Part shown: piece by piece, positions 37,022 to 47,215 of the stretch
How positions within the stretch are numbered: position 1 is the first letter of the stretch
How the letters are laid out: each line of letters starts with the position of its first letter
NCBI GenBank assembly: GCA_964639615.1
Contig: CAZXHH010000001.1
Span: 68,092-132,091 of the forward strand
Direction of reading: 5' to 3'
DNA from: Candidatus Woesearchaeota archaeon
GTDB taxonomy: Archaea; Nanobdellota; Nanobdellia; Pacearchaeales; GW2011-AR1
DNA: 64,000 bases
Notes under the pieces: model-generated
The model's input: only the letters and a program-made list of their open reading frames with translations
Database searches by the model: none
What the model was told of the DNA's origin: nothing
Made by a program: the position numbers and the translations under genes

Positions 37022-38492
37022 AAGAAAAAGAGGAATAAGTATTGTAGTGGGGTATGTTTTATTAGTAACCTTTGCAATTGTAATCGGAGTAATAGTTTAT
37101 CAATGGATGAAAAGCTATGTCCCTCAGGAAGAAATTAATTGTCCTGATGGTTCCTCAATTTTTTTAGAAGATTATTCATATAATTGCGATACAGAAATTT
37201 TAACTTTGTATTTGAAGAATAATGGAAGATTCAGTCTTGGAGGATATTTTATTTATGTTACTAATAAAGAAGAAGCAAAATTAGCCACAATAGATATTTC
37301 AAAAAATAATACAGACCCTAATGCGATATTAGTTCCTACAGGAATTAAATTCGGAGGAATTGGTTCTTTAAATTATCTTGAAGCTGGACAGGAAGAAGTA
37401 GATTATTTTAATTTAACAGGCATAAATCAAATTTATTCTATTGAAATTTTACCTATAAGATGGCAGGAAGAAAAGAATAAACAAATTTTAGCAACTTGTA
37501 AAACAGTAAAAGTAAGAGAAGAAGTTAAATGTAAGGGAGTTGCTGGCTCATCTTCGCAATGTGTTTTCCCTGTTATAAGTCCTTGTACAGGATTAGAATG
37601 TGGAACTATTGCAAATGGAAGTTGTGGAGACATAATATGTGCACCAAATAATTGTGATGCGGGAGAACATTGTGGTGGAGGAATTTGTGTATTAGATACT
37701 TGTACTGGTGCTCCTGTTCCAAATGACAAAGATTCTCTTTGCGGAATTTATGAATGTGGATTTGTTGCAAATGGAAGCTGTGGAAATGTTTTCTGTGGAG
37801 ATAATAATGGTGCTTGCATTGCTCCTGAAACATGTGATGCTGCAACACATACATGTGAATGTGCTACAGAAAGTGATGCAACATTCTGTACAAGATTAGG
37901 AGCAGAGTGTGGAACTTTAACAGGAACAGATAATTGTGGTGTATTAAGATTAAATGTAAATTGCGGAGGATGTGATGCAGATGAAACTTGTAATAATAAT
38001 ATATGTGAGTGTGTTCCTGAAACTAATGTTCAATTCTGTACAAGATTGGGAGTGCAATGTGGAAGTTTATCTGGAACAGATAATTGTGGAAATTCTAGAA
38101 CAGTAAGCGAATGTGGGCCTTGCTCAGGAGTACAAGTTTGTAATAGTGGTATTTGTGTAACTCCTTCTACATGTAATGGAACTTGGGTAAAGTCTCCTCC
38201 AGAAACTGTTGAATGCGATGGAACTCCATTACCTCCTCATTGTCTTGCTGGATGTAGCTGTGAAGCAGGATATGATTCAAGCGGTGGTGGAGGATGTTGG
38301 ATTTCTGGAACAGGTGCAAGTTGCCAAGCTCATTGTATTTCATTAGGATACACTCAAATTCCTGTTGGAAGTTGTAGACAAAATCAAGCTCAATGTAATA
38401 GCTTCTGTCCTGGAATTATTCCTGGAGTTCTTGAAACAGGAGGAAATCAGTGGTGTACAGCTCCTACAATAAATTGTTGTTGTTGTCAATAA
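37005..38492 (+). CDS. Pilin-like protein with a long Cys-rich repeat C-terminal extension
   Basis: KRKRG|ISIVVGYVLLV signal; pilin domain paralogous to 38498; repeats CGxxANGSCG and FCTRLGxxCGxLxGTDNCG. Confidence 0.85.
   Translation: MYFQDKRKRGISIVVGYVLLVTFAIVIGVIVYQWMKSYVPQEEINCPDGSSIFLEDYSYNCDTEILTLYLKNNGRFSLGGYFIYVTNKEEAKLATIDISKNNTDPNAILVPTGIKFGGIGSLNYLEAGQEEVDYFNLTGINQIYSIEILPIRWQEEKNKQILATCKTVKVREEVKCKGVAGSSSQCVFPVISPCTGLECGTIANGSCGDIICAPNNCDAGEHCGGGICVLDTCTGAPVPNDKDSLCGIYECGFVANGSCGNVFCGDNNGACIAPETCDAATHTCECATESDATFCTRLGAECGTLTGTDNCGVLRLNVNCGGCDADETCNNNICECVPETNVQFCTRLGVQCGSLSGTDNCGNSRTVSECGPCSGVQVCNSGICVTPSTCNGTWVKSPPETVECDGTPLPPHCLAGCSCEAGYDSSGGGGCWISGTGASCQAHCISLGYTQIPVGSCRQNQAQCNSFCPGIIPGVLETGGNQWCTAPTINCCCCQ
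37884..38090 (+). repeat. Intragenic repeat, 150-nt (50-aa) period
   Basis: TTCTGTACAAGATT...GGAACAGATAATTGTGG starts at 37884 and at 38034. Confidence 0.8.
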
Positions 38493-38497
38493 TTAAA

Positions 38498-39019
38498 ATG
38501 AAATCAAAAAAAGCTATTAGTGCAATTGTAGAATATGTTTTGCTTGTTACATTTGCTCTCGTAACTGGAGTTATTGTTTATTCTTTCATGAAAACATATG
38601 TTCCGCAAGAAGAATTAAACTGTCCTGATGGTTCCTCTCTTCAAATAAGCGAATATAATTACGATTGTGCAACAAACATGCTTTCAATTAAATTCACAAA
38701 TTCCGGAAGATTTAGTTTAGGCGGATATTTTATTTATACTACAAATAAACCAAATCAAGAATTAGCAACAATAGATTTAACAAAAAATAATACAGATATT
38801 AATTCGAGATTATCTCCAAATGGAATAAAATTTGGATTAATAGGAGTGGATAATTCTCTTGAGCCAAATCAAGAAGAAACAGATACATATAATTTAACAG
38901 GAATTTCTCAAGCATATTCAATACAAATTGTACCTATAAGATGGCAGGAAAAAAAGAACACTCAAATATTAGTCAGCTGTAAAAACGAAAAAATCAAAAA
39001 AACAATAGAATGTGCTTAA
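38498..39019 (+). CDS. Pilin-like protein (class III signal peptide)
   Basis: KKA|ISAIVEYVLLV; paralog of the 37005 N-terminal domain. Confidence 0.85.
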   Translation: MKSKKAISAIVEYVLLVTFALVTGVIVYSFMKTYVPQEELNCPDGSSLQISEYNYDCATNMLSIKFTNSGRFSLGGYFIYTTNKPNQELATIDLTKNNTDINSRLSPNGIKFGLIGVDNSLEPNQEETDTYNLTGISQAYSIQIVPIRWQEKKNTQILVSCKNEKIKKTIECA

Positions 39020-39056
39020 TCAAAGAATTTAAAAATAATAGAGAATATAAAATAAA

Positions 39057-39539
39057 ATGAAAAAGAGGGCAAAGGGATTATCTCCTGTAATTGCAACTGT
39101 TCTTCTGGTTGCCATGGTTATCTCAATTGCGCTTATAGTATTTTTCTGGATTAAAGGTATGACTGAGGAAGCTGTTACAAAATTTGGAGATCAAAATATT
39201 CAATTAGTATGTGGCCAAGTTGCATTTGAAGCAAGCTACGACCAGGACACACTTTATATTACTAATCCTGGAAGTGTTCCAATATTTGGAATGAATGTTA
39301 AAGTTATTGGGGATGGAGAACATTCCACATTAGATTTAAGAGAAGATTCAATTACCTGGCCAGAAGCAGGTTTAAATCAGGGAGGAGTTTTTTCTAGTGA
39401 CCCTGCATCAGATTCTGAGTTAGTATTTAGTGAAGGGCAGGATATAGTTCTTGTTCCTGTACTTATTGGAGAAACGTCAACTGGAAGAAAAACTTATGTT
39501 TGTGATGAGAATCAATATGGACAAGAAATTACAATATAA
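39057..39539 (+). CDS. Archaeal type IV pilin
   Basis: KG|LSPVIATVLLVAM is a canonical archaeal pilin N-terminus; TATA upstream. Confidence 0.9.
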   Translation: MKKRAKGLSPVIATVLLVAMVISIALIVFFWIKGMTEEAVTKFGDQNIQLVCGQVAFEASYDQDTLYITNPGSVPIFGMNVKVIGDGEHSTLDLREDSITWPEAGLNQGGVFSSDPASDSELVFSEGQDIVLVPVLIGETSTGRKTYVCDENQYGQEITI

Positions 39540-40053
39540 GAATAAAGGGCTCTCAACTGTTATTGCTACTGTTTTACTTATTGCTTTAGTTATGGCAACT
39601 TCGACAATTGTCTGGGTCTCAACGAATAAATTAATAGACAGCAAAACCAAAGGAACTCAAGAATGTTTTAAAATAGCCTCTTCTGAAAACGTTGTTTTAA
39701 ATGAAGAGTATACTTGTTTTAACCCTACAACTGATGAAGTTCAATTTTCTTTAGATATTGGAGATGTTGAAATAGATGGTGTTGTTATTTCAATTTTAGT
39801 CGGAGGAAATTCAAAAGTTTTCACTTTGACAAATACTCTCCAAGTAATTAGCGATATAAGGCCTTACAAAGGGGTGGTTGGAGATGCAGTTAAACTTCCT
39901 GGAAAAAATGAGGGAAAAACATATATTGCGAGTGGATTTACAGAATCCGAAGTAATACAATGGATAAAAATTGCTCCTATAATCGATGATAAACAGTGTG
40001 ATATGACTGATGAAGTTTACAAAGTTGTTGATTGTAATCTGCTAGTAAATTAA
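39517..40053 (+). CDS. Archaeal type IV pilin
   Basis: NKG|LSTVIATVLLIAL. Confidence 0.88.
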   Translation: MDKKLQYKNKGLSTVIATVLLIALVMATSTIVWVSTNKLIDSKTKGTQECFKIASSENVVLNEEYTCFNPTTDEVQFSLDIGDVEIDGVVISILVGGNSKVFTLTNTLQVISDIRPYKGVVGDAVKLPGKNEGKTYIASGFTESEVIQWIKIAPIIDDKQCDMTDEVYKVVDCNLLVN

Positions 40054-40092
40054 GATGAAAAATATTATAAAGCAAATCTTATTTAATTTAAT

Positions 40093-40641
40093 ATGAAAAA
40101 AGGTGATTTGAAGAAATCTTTAGTTGGTTGCAAAGGGCAAGTTTGGATTGAAACTGTAATTTACCTTCTTATAGCACTGGTTATGATTAGTTTAGTATTA
40201 GCGTTTGTAAAACCTAAAATTGAAGAACTTCGAGATCAAGCAATAATTGACCAATCAATTGAAATACTAAAAAATATTGACAATTCTATACTTACAATGG
40301 GTGAAGCTGGAAACAAAAGAGTTCTTGAAATTGGAATTAAAAAAGGTACGCTTACAATTGATTCTATAAATGATAATATAATTTTTGAAATTGACAGCAG
40401 ATACTTATATACTGAAGTAGGTCAAACAGTTAATTTAGGAAATATTCAAGCAACTACAGAAGATAAAGGGAAGAACAATCTTGTAACATTAAAAAGAGAT
40501 TTTAGTGAAGAATATAATTTAACTTACAAGGGAGAAGAGAATGCTAAAACCTTTCCCAAATCATCAACTCCTTACACAATCTCTTTGACTAATAAGGGAG
40601 AGTTTTCAAATAAAATAAAGATTGATTTTGATATCCAATAA
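40093..40641 (+). CDS. Pilin-like protein (class III signal peptide)
   Basis: KG|QVWIETVIYLLI with E at +5. Confidence 0.82.
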   Translation: MKKGDLKKSLVGCKGQVWIETVIYLLIALVMISLVLAFVKPKIEELRDQAIIDQSIEILKNIDNSILTMGEAGNKRVLEIGIKKGTLTIDSINDNIIFEIDSRYLYTEVGQTVNLGNIQATTEDKGKNNLVTLKRDFSEEYNLTYKGEENAKTFPKSSTPYTISLTNKGEFSNKIKIDFDIQ

Positions 40642-40642
40642 A

Positions 40643-42199
40643 ATGCCAGTAAAAAGTACAGCAATAAAAGACTATCCAAGACCAAAAATAAACTTTAATC
40701 CAGTTGTTCCTCCATTAAAGAGAATTAAAGATAAAACTAAAGTTGATGTAAGATATTGCTTAATCTCTCCTTATACTTTCGTGCATATTCATTGGGATCC
40801 TAAGGTTTATGAAATTGTATATGATATTGAAGAGCCAATTTTAACAGATGAAGAAGAAAAACAGAAAAATGAAATTATGCTTGCAATGAATAATATCATT
40901 GATTTTGAAACAGTTGTTGAAAAAGAAAGAGAAAAACTTCTTGAATATATTGATAAAAGATTCAAAATACTTGCAATAGAACTTGGAATGGAATTATCTT
41001 ATGAAACTTACAAAAAAATATTTTATTACTTATGTAGAGATTTTATGGGTTTTAATGAAGCAGAACCTCTTTTAAGAGATTATTTTGTGGAAGATATTGA
41101 ATGTAATGGTGCAAATTCTCCAATATATATTGTTCACAGAATTTATAGAAATATGAAAACTAGCTTAGTATTTAATGATATGGATAGACTTCAAAGTTTT
41201 GTTGAAAAACTTGCACAAAGATGTGGAAAATATATTTCGTATGCGAAGCCAATTTTAGATGGAAGTCTTCCAGATGGTTCCAGAGTTAATGCTACATATA
41301 CGAAGGATATTACAAGTAAAGGTCCAACATTCACAATCAGAAAGTTCACAAAAACTCCGTGGACTCCTCCTCAATTAATTGCTTTTGGAACATTAAGTCC
41401 TGAAATTCTTGCATATTTGTGGTTATTAGTTCAGTATAAAATGAATATCTTAATTACAGGTGGAACCTCTGCAGGAAAAACAACTCTTCTTAATGCTATT
41501 GCTTTCTTTATCCCTCCTGAATCAAGAGTGGTTTCAATTGAAGATACACGTGAATTAAATCTTCCAAGAGACAACTGGCTACCTAGTGTTGCGAGAAGTT
41601 CTACAGGTGTTGGTACAACAGGAGAAATTAGCTTGTTTGATTTATTGAGAAGTTCATTCAGACAAAACCCAGATTATGTAATTGTGGGAGAAGTTAGAGG
41701 TGCAGAGGCATCAGTATTATTCCAGGGAATGGCTTCAGGACACTCATCAATCAGTACAATTCACGCAGATTCTGTTGATACATTAATTAAAAGATTAGAA
41801 ACTCCTCCAATTGAACTTTCACCTACGCTTCTTAATGTTCTTGATTGTGTATGTATTATGACTCATGCAATAGTAAATAAAGAAGAAACCAGAAAATTAA
41901 AAGAAGTTGTTGAAATAATGAACGTAACTCTTGACGGTATTGCTCTTACAAATACTCCATTTATGTGGAATGCGCTTGAAAATGAATTCTATTCTAAGAA
42001 AAATAGTAAAATTTACGAAAAAATTAGAAAAAGATATGGTATTAAGGTTGAAGACTTAGAAATTGAATTTAGAAAAAGAGTTCAATTATTATATAATTTA
42101 TATCAAAGAAAAATATTCAAATTTGAAGAAGTTCAGGATATAGTAAATGAATACTACAAAAAACCTCAGGAAATTTTGAAAAAATACGGGGTAGAATAA
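40643..42199 (+). CDS. Type IV pilus assembly ATPase (FlaI/TadA/VirB11 family)
   Basis: LPDGSRVN, TIRKF, GGTSAGKTT, SIEDTREL, RQNPDYVIVGEVRG and STIHA. Confidence 0.94.
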   Translation: MPVKSTAIKDYPRPKINFNPVVPPLKRIKDKTKVDVRYCLISPYTFVHIHWDPKVYEIVYDIEEPILTDEEEKQKNEIMLAMNNIIDFETVVEKEREKLLEYIDKRFKILAIELGMELSYETYKKIFYYLCRDFMGFNEAEPLLRDYFVEDIECNGANSPIYIVHRIYRNMKTSLVFNDMDRLQSFVEKLAQRCGKYISYAKPILDGSLPDGSRVNATYTKDITSKGPTFTIRKFTKTPWTPPQLIAFGTLSPEILAYLWLLVQYKMNILITGGTSAGKTTLLNAIAFFIPPESRVVSIEDTRELNLPRDNWLPSVARSSTGVGTTGEISLFDLLRSSFRQNPDYVIVGEVRGAEASVLFQGMASGHSSISTIHADSVDTLIKRLETPPIELSPTLLNVLDCVCIMTHAIVNKEETRKLKEVVEIMNVTLDGIALTNTPFMWNALENEFYSKKNSKIYEKIRKRYGIKVEDLEIEFRKRVQLLYNLYQRKIFKFEEVQDIVNEYYKKPQEILKKYGVE

Positions 42200-42236
42200 T
42201 CAAAATATTTAATAAGACAAAATTACTTTTTCTAAG

Positions 42237-42419
42237 ATGGATAAAGAGGTTGAAAAAGAAGAGGGTCCAGCTAGTTTTTTGAAACAACTTGTAGCAACTT
42301 TAGAAGATGCAAGTTTGAAATTAGAACAAGCTTACAAAAACGACAAAGCTGAACAAGTTAGTGCAATAAAGCAATTTATTCTAAGAATACAGACTAAAAT
42401 TGACGAGGAATTAAAATAA
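42237..42419 (+). CDS. Small helical hypothetical protein in the pilus locus
   Basis: 60-aa ORF abutting the next gene; TATA-like element upstream. Confidence 0.65.
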   Translation: MDKEVEKEEGPASFLKQLVATLEDASLKLEQAYKNDKAEQVSAIKQFILRIQTKIDEELK

Positions 42420-43757
42420 ATGGCAAAAAAAGATATGAGAATAATAGCTGAATTAAAGGAAGTCATTTCAAAAGAGAAAAAGATAGTTTCTGAACTTACT
42501 TCTATTCAAAAATATTATAATGAAGCGAGCGAAGGGGAAAAAGGTATGCTAGATTCTCAAATTAAATCCATGAAGGATAATTTGAAACAAACAAATTCTC
42601 AAATTCCAGTTATTTTAGATAAAATACTTACTGCAAAAAAATTAAATCCGGATTGGGAATCTACAGCAGAAAGAGCAGAAGACAAGTGGGCAGATAAAAA
42701 TAAACTTACAAATAAAAATGCTGCTGCAAAACCAAAACAACAAATTCTTCCTTATACTGAAAGAGGATATTCTCTAAGGGAATTGAAACCAACTGTTCTA
42801 GAAAAACAAACAATTAAAAGAATGAAAGAAAAAGACATCAAAAAAGAAGAAATAAAAGAACAGCAAGCTAATGTTTATGTTAAATTTGCTAACAAACTAT
42901 TCTCTAACTACTCTGAGCAGATGGTTAAAGATAAAACATTTGAATTAGAGAGGGATTTAATAAAAGCAAATCTCCCATATACTGAAAGAAGTTATATCTC
43001 AATGATTTTTCTTACTACACTAATAGCAATCGTTGCTAGTATAATTATTGCTCTTTTTTTCCTATTTTTCAATTTAAGTGCATCAATGCCAATAATATCT
43101 AAAGCAACAGATATTGCTCCAAGAATTTGGAAAGTTCTTCTTATTGTTTTATTCGCCCCAATTTTAACTTTTATTTTTATGTATACTTATCCTGGATTGG
43201 AAAGAGGAGCATCAGAATCAAGAATAAATGAAGAATTGCCTTTTGCAACAATTCACATGTCTGCTATTTCTGGTTCTATGATTGACCCTAGCAAGATATT
43301 TGATATTATAATTACAACTCATGAATATCCTTATCTTGAAAAGGAATTCAAAAAACTCCTTAATGAAATAAATCTCTATGGATATGATTTAGTAAGTGCT
43401 TTAAGAACAAGTTCATTTAATTCTCCAAGTAAAAAACTTGCGGAACTATTTAATGGTCTTGCAACAACAATAAATTCTGGAGGAGATTTGCCAGCTTTCT
43501 TTGATAAAAGATCACAGACATTATTATTTGAAAACAGACTTGAACAAGAAAAAAAGACAAAGGCCGCAGAAACTTTTATGGATATGTACATTAGCTTAGT
43601 TGTTGCTGCACCAATGATTTTAATGATTTTACTTATGATGATGAAGATTAGTGGACTTGGAATTTCAATGAGTACTCAAATGATCACAGTTGTTATGGTA
43701 ATGGCTGTTGCAGGTATAAATGCAGTCTTCCTTACCTTCCTTCAATTAAAAAGATAA
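42420..43757 (+). CDS. Type IV pilus platform protein (TadC/FlaJ, T2SS-F family) with an N-terminal coiled coil
   Basis: INEELPFA..HM..ISGS, SPSKKLAELF and SGGDL; TM helices. Confidence 0.88.
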   Translation: MAKKDMRIIAELKEVISKEKKIVSELTSIQKYYNEASEGEKGMLDSQIKSMKDNLKQTNSQIPVILDKILTAKKLNPDWESTAERAEDKWADKNKLTNKNAAAKPKQQILPYTERGYSLRELKPTVLEKQTIKRMKEKDIKKEEIKEQQANVYVKFANKLFSNYSEQMVKDKTFELERDLIKANLPYTERSYISMIFLTTLIAIVASIIIALFFLFFNLSASMPIISKATDIAPRIWKVLLIVLFAPILTFIFMYTYPGLERGASESRINEELPFATIHMSAISGSMIDPSKIFDIIITTHEYPYLEKEFKKLLNEINLYGYDLVSALRTSSFNSPSKKLAELFNGLATTINSGGDLPAFFDKRSQTLLFENRLEQEKKTKAAETFMDMYISLVVAAPMILMILLMMMKISGLGISMSTQMITVVMVMAVAGINAVFLTFLQLKR

Positions 43758-43823
43758 AATGAACAATAAACATTGTATATGTCCTCATAAATTCCGGATA
43801 CAAAATCCAGGAGATTTTGCATA

Positions 43824-44693
43824 ATGGAGATAAAAAACGCACATATAATTGGAATAGTAGTAGGAGTTATAATCGTAGGTTTGTCTTTTTTACTTAGGGG
43901 AACTGATTACTTCTTTTTAACTATAGGAGTAGGAGTTCTTTCTGGAGCCTTGCCTTTTGTAATTAGTTTGATTGCTGAGACAAAGGCTGAAAATGAAAAG
44001 GAAGAGATGTTCTTAGAATTTACAAGAAATCTTGTTGAAAGTGTAAAAACAGGAACTCCTATTAGTAGAAGCATTATTAATCTTAAAGGAAAATCATTCG
44101 GTGTTTTAGGCCCGCATATTAAAAAACTTGCAAATCAGATTTCTTTAGGTATACCAATAAATTCTGCACTTCAAGTTTTTGCTAAAGATGTAGATAATCA
44201 GACTGTATCAAGAACAATAATCTTAATTGGACAAGCTGAAAGAGCAGGAGGAGAGATTGGAGAAATTCTTGAGGCAGTTGCAGAAGCTGTAAGTATTTCA
44301 GATAAGATTAAGAAAGAAAGAAAGGCTGCAATTTCAACACTAGTAGTCCAGGGCTATATTATTTTCTTTGTGTTCATGATGATTATTCTTATAATGCAAT
44401 TTCAAATTCTTCCAATGGTTTCTGGTATTGCAGATTTAGGAGCAATTGGGGGAGGAAATTTTGGTGGAGTCGCAATAAGTGGAAATGCAGGTATTGAAGA
44501 AGATGAAATGTCTAAATCTTTCCTATATCTTCTTTTAATTCAGGGTTTTTTTACAGGATTAACTGTGGGTAAATTAGGTGAAGGCTCAATAAAAGCTGGA
44601 ATAAAACACTCTTTTGCTTTAATGGTAATTTCTTTTACAGTTTCTTCACTAGCGAATATAATTTTTGGTGGAGCAGCTGCAGCAGCAGCTTAA
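43824..44693 (+). CDS. Type IV pilus platform protein (TadB/TadC, T2SS-F family)
   Basis: FLEFTRNLVESVKTG, LANQISLGIP, RAGGEI and GKLGEGSIKAGIKH. Confidence 0.88.
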   Translation: MEIKNAHIIGIVVGVIIVGLSFLLRGTDYFFLTIGVGVLSGALPFVISLIAETKAENEKEEMFLEFTRNLVESVKTGTPISRSIINLKGKSFGVLGPHIKKLANQISLGIPINSALQVFAKDVDNQTVSRTIILIGQAERAGGEIGEILEAVAEAVSISDKIKKERKAAISTLVVQGYIIFFVFMMIILIMQFQILPMVSGIADLGAIGGGNFGGVAISGNAGIEEDEMSKSFLYLLLIQGFFTGLTVGKLGEGSIKAGIKHSFALMVISFTVSSLANIIFGGAAAAAA

Positions 44694-44848
44694 ATATAAT
44701 TAACTTCTCTGAAACTTAATAAATAAAGAAAAAGGATTATTCATCATAATATTTTATTATTAGTTAATTAGCAAGACAATTCTAAAACATTGTTCAACTG
44801 ATAAATGATGAAAATGAATTTTATCACTAACTAAATTTCTCTCAAAGA

Positions 44849-45787
44849 TTAATCACCCTCATCAAATATATCTTTAGCTAAAGCGTAAATTTCCTTTGAA
44901 GACCTTATTATAGCCGAGTGTGCTTTAACTCTCTTTTTTAATGGAACATCTATTGTTTTAGTTTCTATTACTACTACGCTCTTTGCATCTGGTCCTTTTT
45001 TTATCTTCCCGTCAACAATAATCTTCTCAGAAGAAAGTAATTCATCTATTGAACCATCATTTATATCTGACACGACTCCTTTTACTATCTTTTCATTAAA
45101 AGAGGTTATCCCACTATTGTAAAATTTAAATCCTTCTTTTTTTAGAATATTTACTATTTTTCTTGCAATAGGATCGTAAACTTTCAATTTTCCGTGAGAG
45201 TAAATATATTGTTTTTTAGCACTCTCATCCTCATGAAAATCTAAAACTAATAATGGGGGATAATTTTCAGAATGTTGGATGATATATGAAGAAAGTTCTT
45301 CTGATTCTTTATTTATTGCTTTAGCTGCCTGAGCTTTTCCTGTCTTTTCATCTATAAGAACATGCTCTGATGCACTTACACTTGGAACATCTAACTGGTT
45401 TAATTTTAAATTTCTTCTTTTCAGTGTTGGATATCTCCAATCTCTCCTATATCCAGAAGGATTGCATAATGGGAGAAGGACTATTGGAATTCTTTTAGCC
45501 AATTTATTTAGGTATCTTATGTTCTTTGCAATGGCATTAACTCCTGCGGGCTCTTCACCATGTACTCCAGATATAATCCACAAGGCAGGCCCTTTGTTTC
45601 TTGTTCTAAATGATAGAAGAGGTAAAAACTTCCGTTTATTCTCTTTCATATCTACTCTTTGAGAGCATAAAATTTCTTTTATCCACCTAGAGTCTTTAAG
45701 CCTAGAGAGTCTTCTATAAACTTCTATTATAGACATTCTTCCATCTTTTTTATAAGTTGGAACATTAGGAAAATTAATTTCTACCAT
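44849..45787 (-). CDS. M14-family metallopeptidase / succinylglutamate desuccinylase-like protein
   Basis: SGVHGEEPAG, PLCNPSG, LDFHED and IET. Confidence 0.8.
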   Translation of the reverse strand: MVEINFPNVPTYKKDGRMSIIEVYRRLSRLKDSRWIKEILCSQRVDMKENKRKFLPLLSFRTRNKGPALWIISGVHGEEPAGVNAIAKNIRYLNKLAKRIPIVLLPLCNPSGYRRDWRYPTLKRRNLKLNQLDVPSVSASEHVLIDEKTGKAQAAKAINKESEELSSYIIQHSENYPPLLVLDFHEDESAKKQYIYSHGKLKVYDPIARKIVNILKKEGFKFYNSGITSFNEKIVKGVVSDINDGSIDELLSSEKIIVDGKIKKGPDAKSVVVIETKTIDVPLKKRVKAHSAIIRSSKEIYALAKDIFDEGD

Positions 45788-45943
45788 CTTAAAATGTTAA
45801 ATTTAATTAATATAAGATAGCCGAAGAGATTAATAAAGGTTTTTACGACGTTATTTTTAAAAATATCCTATTTTTTACCCATATTTTTGAATCAAATTTA
45901 AAACAATCCTAACATTTTTAAATGAAAGAAGTATTATATTTAT

Positions 45944-46252
45944 ATGAGAAAGGTGGCTGGAGAATTTAAAGAATTCTTAAAAGAGTATAAAGTTATCCCT
46001 TTGGCAATAGCTTTTATTATGGGTGTTGCTGCAACTGCACTTATTCAATCTTTTGTAAATAATCTTATAATGCCAATTATTACTCCATTTATACCTGGAG
46101 GAGCTTGGCAAACTGCAACATTTGCATTAGGAAGAGTTGTAATAAGCTGGGGAGCACTTCTAGCAGCAATTATAAATTTTATAATAATAGCATTAGTTGT
46201 TTTCTTAATTGCAAAATATCTCTTTAAGGAAGAAAAAGTTACTAAGAAGTAA
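45944..46252 (+). CDS. mscL: Large-conductance mechanosensitive channel family protein
   Basis: EFKEFL, LAIAFIMG, NLIMPII and INFIIIA. Confidence 0.88.
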   Translation: MRKVAGEFKEFLKEYKVIPLAIAFIMGVAATALIQSFVNNLIMPIITPFIPGGAWQTATFALGRVVISWGALLAAIINFIIIALVVFLIAKYLFKEEKVTKK

Positions 46253-46264
46253 TTATTTTATAAA

Positions 46265-47215
46265 ATGATTATTTTAAATTTAATTTTATCTTTAATTTTT
46301 ATTTTTATACTTGTAAAGTCTGCAGATTATGCAATAAAATATTCTTCAAAAATAGCAAAAGCATTAAAGTTTCCAGAATTTATTGTTAGTTTTTTTATAA
46401 TTGCAATAATTTCTGTTCTTCCAGAAGCAACAATTTCTATAATGTCTGCTATTGAAGGAGTTCCAGAAATTGGAATGGGAACTCTCCTTGGTTCAAATAT
46501 TGCAGATTTAACTCTTGTTTTTGGAATAGTTGCTCTTTTTTCTTCTGGTGGAATAAAAGTTAAAAGTAAGATATTAAGAAATGATTTTATTTATCTCATA
46601 TTACTTTTATGCCCTTTATTGCTTGGATTTGATGGCAGACTCTCAAGAATAGATGGTTCAATTTTAGTTATTTTGGGTATATTCTTCTATTTTAAAATAT
46701 ATAAAGAAAGGAAAAAATTTCATAAAAAATTTACTCAGGAAAAAAAAGGCCCTTTTATAAAAAGTCTCTTGCTTCTTATATTAAGTATCCTTGTTTTGCT
46801 AGTAAGTGCATTTTTTACTGTAAAATATGCACAAAATTTTGCTTATGATATAAATATACCTTCAATACTTGTTGGAATAACTTTTCTTGCTTTAGGAACA
46901 TGTCTTCCAGAATTAATTTTCTCAATAAAAGCTGTAAGAAAAAATCATGATGAACTTGCACTTGGAGATATATTGGGCACTGTTATTACAGATATAACAA
47001 TCATTCTTGGAATAGTTGCTTTAATAAATCCTTTCAATTATAATCCTCCTAGTCTTTATGTAATAGGCGGAGCAATGTTTTTAGCAGGAGTCTTTGCAGT
47101 AGGTTTTATGAGATCAGATCATTCAATAAATAAAAAAGAAGGAGTAATTCTCATTATCTTCTATATCTTATTTGTATTTACAGAATTTTTTGCAAATCAT
47201 ATAATAAATCTATAA
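46265..47215 (+). CDS. Sodium:calcium antiporter (CaCA family)
   Basis: Alpha repeats SVLPE/GSNI and GTCLPE/GDILGT. Confidence 0.9.
   Translation: MIILNLILSLIFIFILVKSADYAIKYSSKIAKALKFPEFIVSFFIIAIISVLPEATISIMSAIEGVPEIGMGTLLGSNIADLTLVFGIVALFSSGGIKVKSKILRNDFIYLILLLCPLLLGFDGRLSRIDGSILVILGIFFYFKIYKERKKFHKKFTQEKKGPFIKSLLLLILSILVLLVSAFFTVKYAQNFAYDINIPSILVGITFLALGTCLPELIFSIKAVRKNHDELALGDILGTVITDITIILGIVALINPFNYNPPSLYVIGGAMFLAGVFAVGFMRSDHSINKKEGVILIIFYILFVFTEFFANHIINL

Noticed and set aside
36554..44693. Archaellum (motility) operon
   Set aside because: No FlaH/FlaF/FlaG-like genes recognised; two Tad-like platform genes fit a pilus better.
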